Source: Acidobacteriota bacterium
GTDB taxonomy: Bacteria > Acidobacteriota > UBA6911 > RPQK01 > JAPXNP01
Length of the DNA stretch: 64,000 bases
Direction of reading: 5' to 3'
NCBI GenBank assembly: GCA_037388505.1
Contig: JARRKC010000020.1
Location: forward strand, 12,204-76,203
Within the stretch, counting starts at the first letter, position 1; each line of letters starts with the position of its first letter. Position numbers and translations under genes: made by a program. Shown here in pieces: positions 28,961 to 39,900 of this stretch. Below the pieces are notes generated by a model. It ran no database searches. It was not told where the DNA came from and worked only from the letters and a program-made list of their open reading frames with translations.

Positions 28961-30115
28961 TCAGAACCGAAACCGCCGGCCGCCGCCGTTTCGGCCGACC
29001 AGTTCGACCGTCCGACTGATGCGGCGGTTGCTCCGGTAGTAGACGAACTCCAGGTTCTGTCCCGGCCGTTTGTCCTCCATGATCCGGGTAAGATCCCGTA
29101 CGTCCGTGACCTTCCTCCCGCCGACTTCGACGAGAATATCGCCGCCGATGATCAAAGGAACATTGCCGGCGAAGACGCGGCGATTCCCCCCTTGAATTCC
29201 GGCTGCGTCCGCCGAGCTGCCGTCGGCCACCTGCTCGACCAGCACCCCCTCAGACACCGGAAGATCAAGGGCGCGTGCCAGACGCGGAGTCAGCGTGCGA
29301 CCGGAGAGTCCCAGCCAGGCTCGGATCACCTGACCGCGCTCGATCAGATCGGGAAGAATGCGGTTCACCGTAGAGACGGGAATCGCGAATCCGATCCCGG
29401 CACTCTCCCCCGTTCGCGAAAGGATTGCCGTATTGATGCCGATGACCTCACCGCGGGTGTTGAGCAGAGGACCGCCGCTGTTGCCCGGATTGATCGCAGC
29501 ATCGGTCTGAATCAGGTTGTCGAGGACGCCGTTCTCGGTGTCCAGACTGCGCCCCAGCGAGGAAACGATGCCCGTCGTAAGAGTCCGTTCGAGTCCAAAC
29601 GGGTTTCCGATGGCCAGAACGCGCTGGCCCACCTTCAACGTTGGAGCGGCAGCCAGGCGGATAGGCTGGCACTTTCCTTGCGGGCAGTCGATCTTGAGGA
29701 CCGCCATGTCGTTGATCGGGTCTCTCCCCACGATCTCGGCCTCCAGGGTGCTCTCATCGAAAAGCGTCACCTCGATCTGGTCGGAGTCCTCGATCACGTG
29801 ATTGTTGGTGAGGATATGCCCGTGGTCGTCGACGATGAAACCGCTCCCCGTCCCCTTCTCGGGAACGACCTGCAGCCAGAAGTTGAGCGTCCTCCGCGTG
29901 CTGGTTACATTGACCACGGACCGGCTCAGCTGCTGATAGATCTTGATGTTGGTCTCTTCTTCCGAAGAAAGGGGCGTGTCGAAGCTTACCGTCTTGGGCT
30001 GGACGAACTCCGCCTGCACGGGCGGAGGCGACGGCCAGCGCAGGAAGAACAGAACGATCCCGGCAGACACGATGCTGCTGATCAGGACGCTCAACACGAA
30101 CTGACGACGGCTCAT
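28961..30115 (-). CDS. HtrA/DegP-family serine protease with PDZ domain
   Basis: GSGFIVDDHGHILTNNHV (His), catalytic GNSGGPLLN (Ser) and a C-terminal PDZ-like region. N-terminal membrane anchor. Confidence 0.9.
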   Translation of the reverse strand: MSRRQFVLSVLISSIVSAGIVLFFLRWPSPPPVQAEFVQPKTVSFDTPLSSEEETNIKIYQQLSRSVVNVTSTRRTLNFWLQVVPEKGTGSGFIVDDHGHILTNNHVIEDSDQIEVTLFDESTLEAEIVGRDPINDMAVLKIDCPQGKCQPIRLAAAPTLKVGQRVLAIGNPFGLERTLTTGIVSSLGRSLDTENGVLDNLIQTDAAINPGNSGGPLLNTRGEVIGINTAILSRTGESAGIGFAIPVSTVNRILPDLIERGQVIRAWLGLSGRTLTPRLARALDLPVSEGVLVEQVADGSSADAAGIQGGNRRVFAGNVPLIIGGDILVEVGGRKVTDVRDLTRIMEDKRPGQNLEFVYYRSNRRISRTVELVGRNGGGRRFRF

Positions 30116-31341
30116 CCTTCACGGCTCCTTTCTCCCGATGTGGCCGCCTCGGAGGGCTGACCTTCCCAAGCGTCTCCCGGATCGGGCACGAGAAGGTACA
30201 GAATAGCACTTCCCGTCAGGGTCAGGACGGCGGCCAGAAGCGTCACACCTCGATATCCAACCGAGGAATAGATTGCGCCGGCCGCCAGGACCGAGACCGA
30301 GATCCCCAGCTGCGAAGAAGCGTTGCGAAGGGCCAGAAACGCACCTCGCCGCTCGAGGCCGATCAAACCGGTCTGCAACGTCTGCAGGGCAGTCTGCCTG
30401 AAGGATACGAACAAACCAATCAGGAAGACCGCCGAAAAGAGTCCGAAACCCGGCCCCAGACGATCCAGCACCAAGAGCGGCAGCACCAGGAGCGAGTTGG
30501 CGACCAGAAAGACACGCCGTTTCGTCCAGCGATCGGAAAGCCAGCCCGACAGAGGACTGGCCACGATGGCCGCCGTCCCGGAAACCAGGAAGACCATCGA
30601 GATTCGAGTCGGGCCCAAACCATAGGCCTCGTTGAGAAAACCCGAAATGAAGGTGAGAAAGGCCAGCGTTCCTCCCGAAATCAGGAACGACGTCGCCAGA
30701 GCTGCGGCCGTCTGCCTACGACGCAGAAGCGCCAGCAACGTTCCGGGTGAGGAGACTGTCCCGGCCCGGGGCTTCGGGCGGTCCCTCTGAAGCAGGAACG
30801 CGCCGATCAGCAGCATGGTCGCCAGTATCGCAGAGACGCCGAAGACGTTCCTCCACCCCCACATCTCGGCAATCCATGAGCTGAGAGGAACGCCCAGGAT
30901 GAGAGCGGCAAAATAGGAACTGAGCACGACACCCATGACCCGCCCCCGGCTCTCGTAGGGAAATGCATCGCCGACATAGCTCGCCGTACAGGTCGAGAGA
31001 AGCCCGGCCGCGACCCCTGTCCCGCCCCGTACCAACAGCAGTGAACCGTAACCGGTGGTCTGCGTCGTCAGCAGGGCGAACACGGCGAACGTCGCCAGCC
31101 CCGCCCGAAGGAACACCACTCGTCCCAAGCGATCCGACAGCGGACCTAGAATCAAGTTGAAGACTGCGGCGGCAAGTGCATAGATTGAAAAGAGATCTCC
31201 AAGACGAGCCACCGTAACGCTGAGGTCTTCACTCAATCGCGGGATGAGGGGGATCAGCAACTGGTTGTCGGCAGAGGCAAGAAAGAGAATCCCGAAGAGG
31301 AGGCCGGTGGCGAAAACAGGTCCACTCAGTTTCTCTCGCAT
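30112..31341 (-). CDS. MFS transporter
   Basis: 12 predicted hydrophobic spans and an MFS-like GPLSDRLGR loop. 4-nt overlap with the downstream protease gene. Confidence 0.8.
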   Translation of the reverse strand: MREKLSGPVFATGLLFGILFLASADNQLLIPLIPRLSEDLSVTVARLGDLFSIYALAAAVFNLILGPLSDRLGRVVFLRAGLATFAVFALLTTQTTGYGSLLLVRGGTGVAAGLLSTCTASYVGDAFPYESRGRVMGVVLSSYFAALILGVPLSSWIAEMWGWRNVFGVSAILATMLLIGAFLLQRDRPKPRAGTVSSPGTLLALLRRRQTAAALATSFLISGGTLAFLTFISGFLNEAYGLGPTRISMVFLVSGTAAIVASPLSGWLSDRWTKRRVFLVANSLLVLPLLVLDRLGPGFGLFSAVFLIGLFVSFRQTALQTLQTGLIGLERRGAFLALRNASSQLGISVSVLAAGAIYSSVGYRGVTLLAAVLTLTGSAILYLLVPDPGDAWEGQPSEAATSGERSREG

Positions 31342-31350
31342 TGACCTCTC

Positions 31351-31845
31351 TCAGGATTCCAGCGCAGCCGGCTGCCGCCGTCTGAGACCGCGGCTCATGA
31401 CGATGGCGTCTTCGACCGGATCATGGTAGTAGCGGCGGCGGATGTCGATCTGACCGAATCCGAACCGCTCGTAGAGGCGAATGGCCGGAGTATTACTCTT
31501 TCGGACTTCCAGAAAGCAATCCTCACAGACCGACTGTCGCCCCCAGTCCAGGCACCTCCCGAGCAGCGCCGCGGCAATCCCGTGCCGACGGAAGGAAGCA
31601 TCGACGGCCAGCTTGAGCAGTTCGAGATCCGGGCCGACGAGTCGGGCAAGGTAGAAGCCCGCCAGCGTCCCATCCGCGAAGGCAACCTGCAGCGAGAAGT
31701 CGTTCAGGGAGATCGCGGCGGCGTAGTCGGAAGCCGGCCAGCGACCCAGTCCGCAGAGGTCGTTGAGCCGCTGGATGGCCGCCGACTCGTATCTCTTAGC
31801 TGGTCGAATCTGCAATAGCAAGTTCAGCATCGGATGGACGAACAT
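31351..31845 (-). CDS. rimI: GNAT acetyltransferase, RimI-like
   Basis: GNAT core (RRHGIAAALL...LEVRKSNTPAIRLYERFGF). It lies immediately downstream of tsaB, the usual rimI context. Confidence 0.7.
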   Translation of the reverse strand: MFVHPMLNLLLQIRPAKRYESAAIQRLNDLCGLGRWPASDYAAAISLNDFSLQVAFADGTLAGFYLARLVGPDLELLKLAVDASFRRHGIAAALLGRCLDWGRQSVCEDCFLEVRKSNTPAIRLYERFGFGQIDIRRRYYHDPVEDAIVMSRGLRRRQPAALES

Positions 31846-32491
31846 AGTTGGCAGTCAGTGAGCCGGCATCGCCGACTTCGCCTCGCACGAATCGATGGTA
31901 ACCAAGCAGGCACAGTTCGGGAAGGATCGTGTTATCGGAACGAATCAGAAGGTCCTTCGACCTCAGCGAAGCCACCGTCGAAGCGAACATCTGGGCACCG
32001 TCTCCAACGAACAGGCAGCGCTCGCCGGGCAATGTCGCCAGCCAGCGCGCCGGCGGCTCTACCCGCTCCGGGTCGATCAGGAGGGCCTTCCCCCCTTCGT
32101 CGACCTCATAGACGGCCCCGAAAACCTGCTGCCGCCGGGCATCGATCATCGGAGCTACGCGGTGACTGACGTGCCTGAAACGGTAAGCCAGCGCCTCCAG
32201 CGTGGAGACTCCTGAGACTGGCCGGTCCAGCGACTGGCAGAATCCCTTCACCGTCGCCATCCCGATGCGCAATCCGGTGAACGAGCCGGGTCCCGATGCA
32301 ACCACGAAGGCGTCGATCTCCTCGAGAGCGAGTTCGAACTGGCCGAGAAGAAATTCGACCTGGGAGAGCAGGTGTTCGGAATACTCGAGCGGGCGCTTGA
32401 TCTGCACGGTCCCGATCAACTCGGCATTGCGCGCCAGCGCAACTCCTCCACTATTGGTGGCGGTATCGACGGCCAGGAAGTACATTTCCAA
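31796..32491 (-). CDS. tsaB: tRNA t6A37 biosynthesis protein TsaB
   Basis: LAVDTATNSGGVAL...GPGSFTGLRIG motif. Confidence 0.85.
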   Translation of the reverse strand: MEMYFLAVDTATNSGGVALARNAELIGTVQIKRPLEYSEHLLSQVEFLLGQFELALEEIDAFVVASGPGSFTGLRIGMATVKGFCQSLDRPVSGVSTLEALAYRFRHVSHRVAPMIDARRQQVFGAVYEVDEGGKALLIDPERVEPPARWLATLPGERCLFVGDGAQMFASTVASLRSKDLLIRSDNTILPELCLLGYHRFVRGEVGDAGSLTANYVRPSDAELAIADSTS

Positions 32492-32659
32492 TAGCTTACT
32501 GCAAAACTCGATGGGACGGCCCGGGCCCTACGGGACTGCTGGGACCTATGGGACCCACGGTCCAGGCCGCTCGCCGTCTCATACGTCCTATCTGCCCCAT
32601 AGCTCCCAGGCTGTCCCATTCTCCAGCAATTTTCAGGCTTTCCTGCTAATGTATCCGCA

Positions 32660-35161
32660 ATGGACAACCTGACCCCGATGATGCGGCAGTACCATCGGAT
32701 CAAGCTCGAACATCCCGACATGCTGCTGTTCTTCCGTCTCGGGGACTTCTATGAAATGTTCTATGAAGATGCCGTCACGGGAAGCCGGGAGCTCGAGATC
32801 ACCCTGACATCCAGAAACTCGGATCGGGACGGGAATCCCATACCGATGTGCGGTATCCCTCACCACGCCGTGGTCAACTACGTCAGCCGCCTCCTCAGGC
32901 GGGGATTCAAAGTGGCGATTTGCGATCAGGTCGAGGATCCTCGACAGGCCAAAGGGATCGTTCGGCGGGAGGTGACCCGCATTCTCACTCCAGGCACCGC
33001 CATCGACGAGTCGATCCTGGACGCCAGGGAGAACAATTTCATCGCCAGCCTGTACGAAACCGATGACCGCATCGGCGTGTCGTTTCTCGATGTCTCCACG
33101 GGTGAGTTCTGGGCCGGGGAGCATTCCGGGGAAGGCGCGCAGGAGCAGCTCGCTCAGGAGCTGTTCCAGTTTCAGCCGCGGGAAATCGTGCTCCCGGAGT
33201 CCGGGGCGGACGACTACCGGAACCGCTTCGGCGACGCCTTCCCCTCCGCCGCCGTCCACACTCCCCAATCGGACTGGGTATTCAATCTGGACTACGCCCG
33301 CCGCCAGCTCCTCCAACAGTTCCAAGTGCACAGTCTCGAGGGGCTGGGCTTGAACGGTCACCTGGGAGCGCTTTCCGCCGCGGGCAGTCTCCTCTATTAC
33401 GTGAAAGAGACCCAGAAATGCCCGCTTCGGCACATCACGGGTCTGAAGTTGCTGGATGCGGCTCCCTTTCTCAGAATGGATGATGCGACGGTCCGCAATC
33501 TCGAGCTCGTGCAGGGCGTGGACGGCAACCGCCGCTGGACTCTTCTTGCCACACTCGACCTGACCCGCACGGGCATGGGCGCCCGGCTGCTTCGTCGTTG
33601 GATTCTGCGCCCCAGTCTCGAGGTCGACGAGATCGAGGCTCGTCTGGATGCCGTGGAAGAACTCTCCGCAGATGTGATGGGTCTGAGTCGGCTCGGCAAG
33701 GTCCTGACCCGCATTCACGATATCGAACGCCTCCTCGGTCGCATTACCCTGGAAACCGCCAATCCCAGGGATCTCCTGGCGCTTCGGGATTCCCTCGAGC
33801 AACTGCCGGAGGTCTCCCGGCTCGCCGGTCAATACTCGAGCCGGATGCTGCGGATGGAGATCGATCCCCTGACCGACATTCGCGAGCTCCTCGGAGCCTC
33901 GATCAGTGACGACGCCCCGGCCGCCCAGTCCGACGGGCGCATCATACGTTCGGGCTACAACGCCGAACTCGACGAACTGAGGGAGATCGCCTCGTCGGGA
34001 AAATCCACCATTGCGCGGATCGAGGCGGAAGAGCGGAAAAAGACCGGAATCCCTTCGCTGAAGGTCAAGTTCAACAAGGTCTTCGGCTACTTCATCGAAG
34101 TCACGAAGACTCACCTGAAATCGGTGCCGGAACACTATGTCCGCCGACAAACGCTGGCCGGCTCGGAGCGGTATATCACGCCGGAGTTGAAGGAATACGA
34201 AGAGAAGGTTCTGGGGGCAGAGGAGAAGATCCTCGGCTTGGACCGACAGCTGTTCATCGAGGTCCGCAGCCGGGTTGGATTGGAGGCGGACCGGATTCAG
34301 AGGGTGGCCCGTACGATTGCGCTGTTGGATGTCCTGAATGCGTTTGCGGAAGGTGCCAGAAAATACCGTTACGTCCGGCCTCGTCTGAACGAATCACGGG
34401 CCCTGAAGATCATCGGCGGGCGCCATCCGGTGCTCGAATTCCAGGGAGGCGAACCGTTCGTTCCCAACGACCTGAAGTGTGACGTCGACGGCGATCAACT
34501 CCTGGTCCTTACCGGCCCCAACATGGGCGGAAAGTCGACCTACCTGCGCCAGAATGCCCTGATCGTGCTGATGGCCCAGATGGGTTCGTTCGTTCCTGCC
34601 GATGAGGCGGAGATCGGTCTGGTCGATCGGATCTTCACCCGTGTCGGCGCCAGCGACAACCTGGCCCGCGGCCGGTCCACGTTCATGGTGGAGATGATCG
34701 AGACGGCCAAGATTTTGAATACGGCCACGCCCCGGAGCTTCATCCTCCTCGACGAGGTCGGCCGGGGTACGGCGACGTTTGACGGGCTGTCGATCGCCTG
34801 GTCGGTGGCCGAGTACCTTCTGACCGAACCGGAGCGCCGGGCCCGAACCCTGTTTGCGACTCACTATCAGGAATTGACGAGGCTCGAGGGGCAGTATGAG
34901 GGGGCCCGCAACTACTGTGTCACCGTCAGCGAGGGCGGCAAGGCGATTATCTTCTTCCACAAGGTCCTGCCGGGCACGGCCAACAAGAGCTACGGAATCG
35001 AGGTGGCTCGGCTCGCCGGGGTCCCGGGCGCGGTTTTGGAACGAGCTCGCCAGATTCTGGGACGCCTGGAACGCAAGCAGCTCAACTTGACCGGACGTTC
35101 CCGCTCATCAACCGTACCCGAGGCCTCCCTGGACGACCTCCAGAAGGGGCTCTTCCAGTAA
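32660..35161 (+). CDS. mutS: DNA mismatch repair protein MutS
   Basis: TPMMRQYHRIKLEHPDMLLFFRLGDFYEMF, Walker A TGPNMGGKST and DEVGRGT. Confidence 0.95.
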   Translation: MDNLTPMMRQYHRIKLEHPDMLLFFRLGDFYEMFYEDAVTGSRELEITLTSRNSDRDGNPIPMCGIPHHAVVNYVSRLLRRGFKVAICDQVEDPRQAKGIVRREVTRILTPGTAIDESILDARENNFIASLYETDDRIGVSFLDVSTGEFWAGEHSGEGAQEQLAQELFQFQPREIVLPESGADDYRNRFGDAFPSAAVHTPQSDWVFNLDYARRQLLQQFQVHSLEGLGLNGHLGALSAAGSLLYYVKETQKCPLRHITGLKLLDAAPFLRMDDATVRNLELVQGVDGNRRWTLLATLDLTRTGMGARLLRRWILRPSLEVDEIEARLDAVEELSADVMGLSRLGKVLTRIHDIERLLGRITLETANPRDLLALRDSLEQLPEVSRLAGQYSSRMLRMEIDPLTDIRELLGASISDDAPAAQSDGRIIRSGYNAELDELREIASSGKSTIARIEAEERKKTGIPSLKVKFNKVFGYFIEVTKTHLKSVPEHYVRRQTLAGSERYITPELKEYEEKVLGAEEKILGLDRQLFIEVRSRVGLEADRIQRVARTIALLDVLNAFAEGARKYRYVRPRLNESRALKIIGGRHPVLEFQGGEPFVPNDLKCDVDGDQLLVLTGPNMGGKSTYLRQNALIVLMAQMGSFVPADEAEIGLVDRIFTRVGASDNLARGRSTFMVEMIETAKILNTATPRSFILLDEVGRGTATFDGLSIAWSVAEYLLTEPERRARTLFATHYQELTRLEGQYEGARNYCVTVSEGGKAIIFFHKVLPGTANKSYGIEVARLAGVPGAVLERARQILGRLERKQLNLTGRSRSSTVPEASLDDLQKGLFQ

Positions 35162-35165
35162 GGCC

Positions 35166-36800
35166 GTGGAACTCACCAAGTCTCTCCAGGATCGATTCCC
35201 TGCCCTGCTGCTTCTGGCGCTGTTCATCCTTCCCTTCTTCGTGCGGCCGGTCGCATCGACGGTCTGGGATGCCAACGAGGCTTTCTACGTCGAAACACCG
35301 CGCGAAATGGTGGCCTCCGGCAACTGGATCCTGCCGACTTTCGACGGCGAGCCGCGCCTCAATAAACCTCCGCTCTCCTACTGGATCATCGCTCCCTTCT
35401 ACCAAGCCTTCGGCGTCAATCTATTGTGGGAACGCCTGGTCATGGCTTTTCTGGCCGCGGGCTCGGTCCTGATTCTGTTCTTCGTCGGGCGGTTGTGCCT
35501 GGCCAGGCCCGGTTCGGCGCTGCTGGCCGCAGGAATCCTTGCGACGACCTTTCGACTGGTCGTCGTCTCCCGACGCCTGCTGATCGATCTGTTGCTCTTC
35601 TTCCTCCTCATGGCTGCGCTGCTGGCCCTGGCTCACTGGCTCATCGATCGATCGCCGCGGGCCTTCGTGGGAGCCTGCGCTCTACTCGGTCTGGCCTTCC
35701 TCACCAAGGGACCCGTGGCCTTGTTTCCACTGGCTGCCTTGCTGCTCTTCCTGGCCCTGAACGGTCGCCTCGATGATCTCTTCAAAGCCCCCTGGATCGC
35801 GGGGGGAATCGTTCTCGCGGCCATCTCCTGTTCGTGGTTCCTGGTGCTCGGAGTGACGCACGGATGGCAAGCCGTGATCGATTTCTTCATGCAGGAGAAT
35901 CTCGGTCGCTATCTCAACGTCGACTTCGGTCCCCAACGCGGCTACTTCTACTATGTGGGTGTCTACCTGGCAGACTTCTTTCCCTGGTCGGTCTTGCTGC
36001 CTGCCGTTCTCGTCGCCCATGCCCGCCAACGACGAAGGCCGTTCTCACGAGACCAGTTGAGCGGTTTTTTCCTGATCTGGTGCTTTGTTTATTTCATTGT
36101 GTTCAGCTTTTCATTGAACAAGCAGGAGTACTACATCCTTCCCATCTACGGTCCTGCCGCACTCCTGCTCGCCGGGGCCGCCGCGACCGCCAAGCCGACC
36201 CGCTGGGTGGCCGGTCCCGTTGCCGCCTTGCTGGTCATCGGCGGATTTCTCCTGGCCCTTTTCACCCATGTTCTCTTTCCTTCTCCCTGGTTCTGGGTCC
36301 CCGCGGTTCTGCTCATGCTGTGTACCTGGCCTGCGTGGAAGGGTCGTCTCCTGTGGCTGAGTGCGATGCTGTCACTGTTCTTCGCGCTGGGTGCTGCCGT
36401 CTATTTGCCTGACTTCGAAGCCTACAAGCCGGTTCACGCCCTGGCCGACGTGATTCGCCGTGAGACGGCTCGGACAGCGGGCCCATGGAAAGCCGGCTAC
36501 TATCGAATAACAGCTCCCAGTCTGAGGTTCTACCTCGACGAGAACATCCTCCAGCTCTTCGATCTGCCCGCCGCAGCAGATGCCCTTCGCGAGCCGGAGC
36601 CCGTTTATCTGATCACCGATCAAACGGGTCTCGACGAACTCCGGAACGCTCTGGGCAACGACCTTCCCCACGTCGTCGCCTCACAGCCCCAGTTCAAGAC
36701 CAATGCCCATCGTCTGTGGAAGATTCTGAGTGATCCGGAGACCTCCGACTGGACCAGCGACGTTCTCCTCGTCACGAATAGAGCCGCAGATTCTCCGTGA
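35166..36800 (+). CDS. ArnT/PMT-like glycosyltransferase (GT39/GT83 type)
   Basis: Polytopic membrane protein with DANEAFYVETPREM...PRLNKPPLSYW near the N-terminus. GTG start 5 nt after the mutS stop. Confidence 0.8.
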   Translation: MELTKSLQDRFPALLLLALFILPFFVRPVASTVWDANEAFYVETPREMVASGNWILPTFDGEPRLNKPPLSYWIIAPFYQAFGVNLLWERLVMAFLAAGSVLILFFVGRLCLARPGSALLAAGILATTFRLVVVSRRLLIDLLLFFLLMAALLALAHWLIDRSPRAFVGACALLGLAFLTKGPVALFPLAALLLFLALNGRLDDLFKAPWIAGGIVLAAISCSWFLVLGVTHGWQAVIDFFMQENLGRYLNVDFGPQRGYFYYVGVYLADFFPWSVLLPAVLVAHARQRRRPFSRDQLSGFFLIWCFVYFIVFSFSLNKQEYYILPIYGPAALLLAGAAATAKPTRWVAGPVAALLVIGGFLLALFTHVLFPSPWFWVPAVLLMLCTWPAWKGRLLWLSAMLSLFFALGAAVYLPDFEAYKPVHALADVIRRETARTAGPWKAGYYRITAPSLRFYLDENILQLFDLPAAADALREPEPVYLITDQTGLDELRNALGNDLPHVVASQPQFKTNAHRLWKILSDPETSDWTSDVLLVTNRAADSP

Positions 36801-36930
36801 TTCGCGCAAGCAACGGGAGAGCCTGGTCTTTACGATGGATTCCGCAAATCTTAGAGATCGCCGAGAAAGTACTTTCGGGCCCGCATCAAATGTGACAGGA
36901 TGCAACCTATCAGTGTAGGACTGGCATGTC

Positions 36931-39900
36931 ATGGCCTTGACGATCGGGATGACCAGAAACCAACGCGGGACGAAACTTATCGGACCTTCGTTGAGACTAC
37001 TCGCGGGACTGTCGGTCGCCGGCCTCCTCCTGACGGCCGTTCTCTCCCAGGACTCTTCCCTCGAAGTAGGCTGGGCCTGGATCCAGATGGAGCCGGACCA
37101 CCCGGTCTCGGCGACGGTTCTGTACAGCGGCACCGATGGCGACGGAGTGGTTCTCTGGGAAGCGGCCGTCGGCGCCGTCGAGCCGGTGCATCGCGGTCGT
37201 CTCTATGTGGAGACGACCTCCCGAACCCGAACGGCCGTTGCGTTAGCCAACCCAGGCAACGATGAACTCGCTCTTACGGCTATCCTGCGGGGAAGCCGCG
37301 GCCGGGAGATCGATCGACAGACGTGGACGCTTGCTGCTGGAGGGCAGGCGGCCCACTTCGTTGACGAGTGGTTCGATAAGGCGACGGCCGGGGACGATGA
37401 GTTTCAGGGAACGCTGACGTTGGAATCCAACGATCCGTCGTCCCGGTTTGCTGCAGTCACGCTTCGGGAGAACCTCAACGGCCGCGGAGAGCCGATCTAT
37501 GCGACACTGCCGGTCGCTCGGCTCGAGGCGACTTCGTCGCCCGTATCCATCGACCCGATTCTTGTCTTTCCTCAGATCGGCGTCGGGGCCGGGCTATCGA
37601 CCCGAATCATCCTTATAAACCCGAGCGACACGCCGATTTCGGGATGGATCGATATCTTCCAGGAGGGGGACCCGGTCGGACCGTCGCAGAGCGCGGAGCC
37701 GGCCATGCAGTTCACCTTCGATCTGGACGCCGACAGCGTATTCGGGATCGACGTCGTCAATATGGGCGGCATTCTGAGAGGCTATGCCGTTCTACATCTA
37801 CTGGAAGGGAGTACACTGCCCGCCGGTGTCGCCCTCTATCAGATACAGTCGACTGCGAAAGGTCTGACCGAAGCCGGAGTGCCGGCCATGGTCCCGACGC
37901 GGCACGTCCGTATGATGGTGGACGATCTCGCTGCCAGTACCGGCATCGCGGTTGCACCGTTGTCCAAAGCCGCGATTCCGGTGCAATTCGATCTGAAGGG
38001 GTTGGACGGGACACTGATCGGCTCCACCGAGGAACTGATCGGCCCGCTGAACGGAGCCCGTTACGCCAACGAGATCTTCCCCGATCTTCCCCCAGGATTC
38101 GTCGGGATTCTCGAAGCTTCGTCGGAGGAGACGTTCGCTGCCGTTGCGCTCAAGTCGTCGACCAACAGTCGAGGTGACTTCGTCCTGACGACACTGCCTG
38201 TCACCGATCTCTCCAATGCTCCCGACATCGACCTCCTCGTCATTCCACAGATCGGACTCGGGCCGGGTCTCACGACCCGCCTGATCGCCGTTGCGGCCGA
38301 CGGATCGGGCTCCACCCGAGGAAGTGTTCATTTCATGTATCCGGGCGGCACCCCGATGACGGTGCCCGTCTTTGGCACACCACAAACGAGGGCTTCGTTC
38401 GAGATCGCGGCAGGCGGTGGGTGGCGATTCGATCCCACTGTGCCGGTACGGGCGGCCGACATTCTGCTCGACCGCGAGATCGTCATGGAGCCCGGCCAAA
38501 GCCTGCGATTGAGTCCGATCGTCGTGGATGATCGGGGCGTCCGCCATGAGTCGGTTCCCTTGCGGTTCGATGCCATCGGATTGGACGTCGCCACCGTCGA
38601 TTCACAGGGGACGATCACGGCGCACAAAGCCGGCTTTGCGAGCATCGTCGTCGGCTGCGGTGATGTGGTTCGATCGACCACCGTGACGGTCGTCGCTACG
38701 ACCAACAGGACGACCGCATTCGCGGCAAACCACATCGACACCGACGACTCCGGCCGGCTCTTCTTCAGCAGCACGTCGAACCAGGTGATCCTGCGCGCCG
38801 ACAATCTCCAGGGTGATGCAGTGGTCTATGCCGGGATCCCACAGACGGCCGGCTACCGGGATGACGCACGGCTGAACGCCCTGTTCGACGGACCGTCCTT
38901 CATCGCCATGGATCGCGACACGGACACGCTCTACGTCAGCGATGCCGACAACCACAAGATCCGCACGGTCGCACCGGATCCGACGGCCGACGTCGGAACT
39001 CTCGAACTCCGCGGGCCGGATCTCGGTCGTCCTGAGGGGCTGGCGATCGATCGCGAAGGATATCTGTGGGTCGCCGACTCCGCAGACCACACCGTCGGTC
39101 GGATCGATCTCGAGACGGGCGACTATGAGATCATCGCCGGTCGCTCCGGAGAGCCGGGCTATCTTGACGGCACTGCTGGCGGGGCGCGCTTTCGATCTCC
39201 CCACGGTCTGGCGGTCGAACAGGAGTCGGCCCTCGACCGATGGTCCGGGGAAGCCCTAGGCCGGCCGGAGCCTCCCGTGCGCATTCTCGTTGCCGATACG
39301 GATAACGGCGTGATCCGTCGGATCACGCGGAGCGGGCCGGAGGCCGATGCATCCTGGGAGGTAGAGACCGTCACGTTCGATCTTCCTGTGCTCGAGGGAC
39401 GTGGGGACAGTACTCGACTGCAGCAGAGCGCGGCCTGCTTTGAGTCTCCGTGGGGAATCTCGGCGGACGCTTTCGGAGACTTCTATGTCTCCGACACAGC
39501 CATGGGAAAGGTCAGCCTGATTCTGCCGATCGGTTCAATCGTTCCGACTCTACCGACAAACGGCACTCCAAGCGACCTCGTCGCGGCCCCTGACGGTTCG
39601 CTCCTAGTCGCAGAGGGTGGTCAGGGCATCCGGCGGCTGACCTTCGGAAGCCCGGAGATTCTGGATGTCCGTTGGCTATCGCTCGGTTCGGGACAGGAGC
39701 GGATTACGATCCAAGGCCTGAATTTCGCACCGGAGAGCGGCGTCCTGGTCGATGCCCAGCTCATTCCGGACCGAGTCGTTGTCGATTCAGGGAGGATCGT
39801 CTTCGACCTGTCCTCGGCCGATCTCAATGGCGCGAGGATCCGCGTCCAGAATCGCGGCGGGCTGGCTGAGTTCGCCGTTCCTTCGTCCGATTGCCAGGGT

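Noticed and set aside
32633-34150. Long antisense ORFs. These are 32633..34150 opposite mutS, 61464..62831 opposite glnD, 58574..59887 opposite cimA, 15797..16831 and 15877..16671 over the MFS gene, 20910..22211 opposite recN, and 47863..48555 opposite the SIMPL gene
   Set aside because: Each lies opposite a gene with clear family motifs. They have Arg/Gly/Pro-rich low-complexity translations typical of antisense frames in GC-rich DNA.
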